This document shows, piece by piece, positions 62,167 to 64,000 of a stretch of 64,000 nucleotides of DNA. Origin of the DNA: Solirubrobacterales bacterium (GTDB taxonomy: Bacteria; Actinomycetota; Thermoleophilia; Solirubrobacterales; 70-9). The DNA is taken from assembly GCA_040881895.1 (NCBI GenBank), contig JBBECI010000043.1:9065-73064 (forward strand), given 5' to 3'. Position 1 is the stretch's first letter. The number at the start of each line of letters is the position of its first letter. The translations under genes and the position numbers were made by a program. The notes below the pieces were generated by a model. The model was not told the DNA's origin, did no database searches, and saw nothing but the letters and a program-made list of their open reading frames with translations.

Positions 62167-63336
62167 TCAGGAGCCAACGTGCCCGCCGCAGAAAGCCTCA
62201 TAGTCGGGGAACGCACCGAGTTCGGACTCAGGCACCTCGACTGCCTCCGGGCCACATATGGGGCATGAGGGGTCACGCCTGACCTTGAGTTCAGTAAATC
62301 TCGTGCCGAGCGCTTCGTAGAGCAGCAGCCGACCGACCAGCGGTTCACCGATATCGAGCACGAGCTTGATTACCTCGTTTGCCTGGAGCAGGCCCATGAC
62401 ACCGGCCATCACGCCTAGCACTCCGTTGGCCGAGCAGCTAGGAGCCAGCTCGGGAGGAGGCGGACTCGGGTAGAGGCATCGGTAGCAGGGACCTTCGTGC
62501 GGGACGAAGGTTGAGATCTGCCCGTCAAAGGAAAGTATTGAGGCCGAAACCACCGGCTTGCCCAACCGCACACTGGCATCGTTGAGCAGGTAGCGGGTCG
62601 GGAAGTTGTCAGCACCGTCAACGATGATGTCGTAATCGGCGATCGTCTCAATGATGTTGGCTGAGTCGAGCCGATAGTTGTGCTCGACCACCTCAACGTC
62701 AGGGTTTAGCGCCTCGATTGTCCTGCGGGCTGAGGAGGTCTTTGAGTCGCCGATTCGCTCGGTGTTGTGGATCACTTGTCGCTGGAGGTTGGAGGCATCA
62801 ACCACGTCGTCGTCAACCAGACCAATTGTGCCGATGCCTGCCGCGGCGAGGTACAGCGCCGTCGGAGCACCGAGCCCACCGGCCCCGAGAAGCAGGACCT
62901 TTGCCTCGAGCAGCTTGACCTGACCGGTCGCCCCGACCTCGGGAAGCAGCGTGTGGCGGGAGTAACGGTTGCGCTGCTCGTCAGTCAGTCTGGCCTCGCT
63001 GATGACCGGAAGTCCGAGTGCCTGCCAGCCGAGGATCCCCCCTTCGACTGAAACAACGTCCGTGTAGCCGAGCTCCATCATCTGCTCCGCTGCGGTCGCC
63101 GAACGTATACCTGAGCGGCAGTAGACAACTGTGCGGGCTGACTTGTCGGGAAAAGCCTCTTCAACTGTCGCCAGTAAGGTGGCCGGCGGGATCAGCCTGC
63201 CGCCTTCGATCCGTGCCTCTGAAGCCTCGTGGGGTTCGCGGGTATCGATCAGGACGACGCCGCTCTCGATCTCCTCAAACGCTTCCTGAACGCTGATCTC
63301 TTCAACCACCAGCGGCTGTTTTGTATCGGGTGCCAT
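62167..63336 (-). CDS. moeZ: Rhodanese-ThiF/MoeB fusion (MoeZ-like sulfur-carrier adenylyltransferase/sulfurtransferase), rhodanese domain N-terminal
   Basis: Residues about 10-110 form a rhodanese domain with active-site CRSGIRS. They are followed by RYSRHTLLPEVG, GAGGLGAP, DDDVVDASNLQRQ and two CxxC pairs (CYRC, CPIC). Confidence 0.85.
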   Translation of the reverse strand: MAPDTKQPLVVEEISVQEAFEEIESGVVLIDTREPHEASEARIEGGRLIPPATLLATVEEAFPDKSARTVVYCRSGIRSATAAEQMMELGYTDVVSVEGGILGWQALGLPVISEARLTDEQRNRYSRHTLLPEVGATGQVKLLEAKVLLLGAGGLGAPTALYLAAAGIGTIGLVDDDVVDASNLQRQVIHNTERIGDSKTSSARRTIEALNPDVEVVEHNYRLDSANIIETIADYDIIVDGADNFPTRYLLNDASVRLGKPVVSASILSFDGQISTFVPHEGPCYRCLYPSPPPPELAPSCSANGVLGVMAGVMGLLQANEVIKLVLDIGEPLVGRLLLYEALGTRFTELKVRRDPSCPICGPEAVEVPESELGAFPDYEAFCGGHVGS

Positions 63337-63430
63337 CGATGAATCCCCTAAATCTTTATCGGCTTTTGGTCACTTCACAAACTATAGCGTCAAGACCAGC
63401 CCCGGCAAAAGCGGGCTCGGCCTCACAGCC

Positions 63431-64000
63431 CTAGAGCGAGGGGCGCATCTGACGAAGCCTCTTGACCCGCTCTTCAATCGGAGGGTGAGTCGAGAACAGA
63501 CTGGCCATCCCCTTGGCCTTGAACGGCTTGACGATGTACAGCGGCTCGGAAGCCTCATTGACGTGACCGTTCATCGGGATCGCTTCAACTCCCTGCTCCA
63601 GCCGCAGCAGGGCGCTGGCCAGGGACTCCGGGTTTCCGCAGATCGCCGCGCCGCCAGCATCGGCGGCGTACTCGCGTTGCCGGGAAACGGCCAGCTGGAT
63701 GATCGAGGCAGCCAAGGGGGCCAGCAGGACCATGGCCAGCGCACCGACCAGACCGAGCGGCGAGTTGTTGTCGCCACCAAACCAGAGCAGCATGTAGCCG
63801 ATATAGGTAATCGCTGCACCAATCGTCGCCGCCACAGACTGGATCAGGATGTCGCGATGCTTGATGTGAGCGAGCTCGTGGGCAACTACGCCGCGCAGTT
63901 CTTCGGTGGACAGCAGGCGGGTGATGCCCTGAGTCACAGCTACCGCAGAATGGCTGTAGTTACGGCCGGTGGCAAAGGCATTCGGCTGGTCTTGGGGAAT
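63431..64000 (-). CDS. htpX: M48 family zinc metalloprotease HtpX (C-terminal part; 5' end beyond the right edge)
   Basis: The frame is open to the window edge: IPQDQPNAFATGRNYSHSAVAVTQGI...VVAHELAHIKHRD (HExxH)...REYAAD...STHPPIEERV. Confidence 0.9.
   Translation of the reverse strand: MPQDQPNAFATGRNYSHSAVAVTQGITRLLSTEELRGVVAHELAHIKHRDILIQSVAATIGAAITYIGYMLLWFGGDNNSPLGLVGALAMVLLAPLAASIIQLAVSRQREYAADAGGAAICGNPESLASALLRLEQGVEAIPMNGHVNEASEPLYIVKPFKAKGMASLFSTHPPIEERVKRLRQMRPSL

Noticed and set aside
1-64000. Window-wide look for tRNA/rRNA genes, CRISPR arrays, IS elements, integrases, toxin-antitoxin or defence-island genes
   Set aside because: No intergenic region contains a T-loop GGTTCGAATCC-like motif. 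There are no regularly spaced direct repeats. No ORF has transposase, integrase, nuclease or helicase signatures. The window reads as syntenic core genome.

Overview
This GC-rich window has strong G/C preference at third codon positions and is almost entirely protein-coding. It reads as conserved core genome. The gene content suggests an Actinomycetota-like bacterium: CysO/CysM/Mec/MoeZ cysteine pathway, GuaB3, type-2 PyrF, ctaA/B/C/D/E. That placement is inference only. I found no rRNA, tRNA, CRISPR array, transposase or integrase. Main blocks: (1) 1-8.0 kb, small-molecule and redox housekeeping genes. (2) 8.1-19.0 kb, a respiratory supercluster holding a canonical aa3-type oxidase operon (ctaC-ctaD-X-ctaE) and heme O/heme A synthases. 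It also holds a diheme cytochrome c and a second oxidase subunit II/I pair that has lost nearly all copper and heme ligands. (3) 21.8-31.6 kb, a long minus-strand housekeeping run (rplM-rpsI-glmM-glmS-acpS-nnr-CBS-alr-cca-infA). (4) 34.5-38.6 kb, a Zur-linked zinc/metal ABC operon whose first gene fuses a permease to a lipobox-bearing binding protein. (5) guaB3-guaA, pfkB, a D-Ala-D-Ala carboxypeptidase, hup-pyrF and rph-rdgB. (6) 48.3-55.8 kb, a tightly packed plus-strand run from a glycosyltransferase through nadB to hyuB-hyuA. (7) an amino-acid ABC transporter and a CysO-dependent cysteine synthesis cluster. The most interesting signal is the ligand-less heme-copper oxidase paralog pair at 8118-10642, which sits next to ctaB. 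Secondary signals: two genes whose conserved N-termini can only be reached from a CTG overlapping the upstream stop (CTGA); the permease-binding protein fusion followed by a perfect 19-bp inverted repeat; a tandem USP-like gene translationally coupled inside the cta operon; a CysO carrier ending GG-SS with a rhodanese-first MoeZ. All family calls come from motif recognition by eye. No database search was run.
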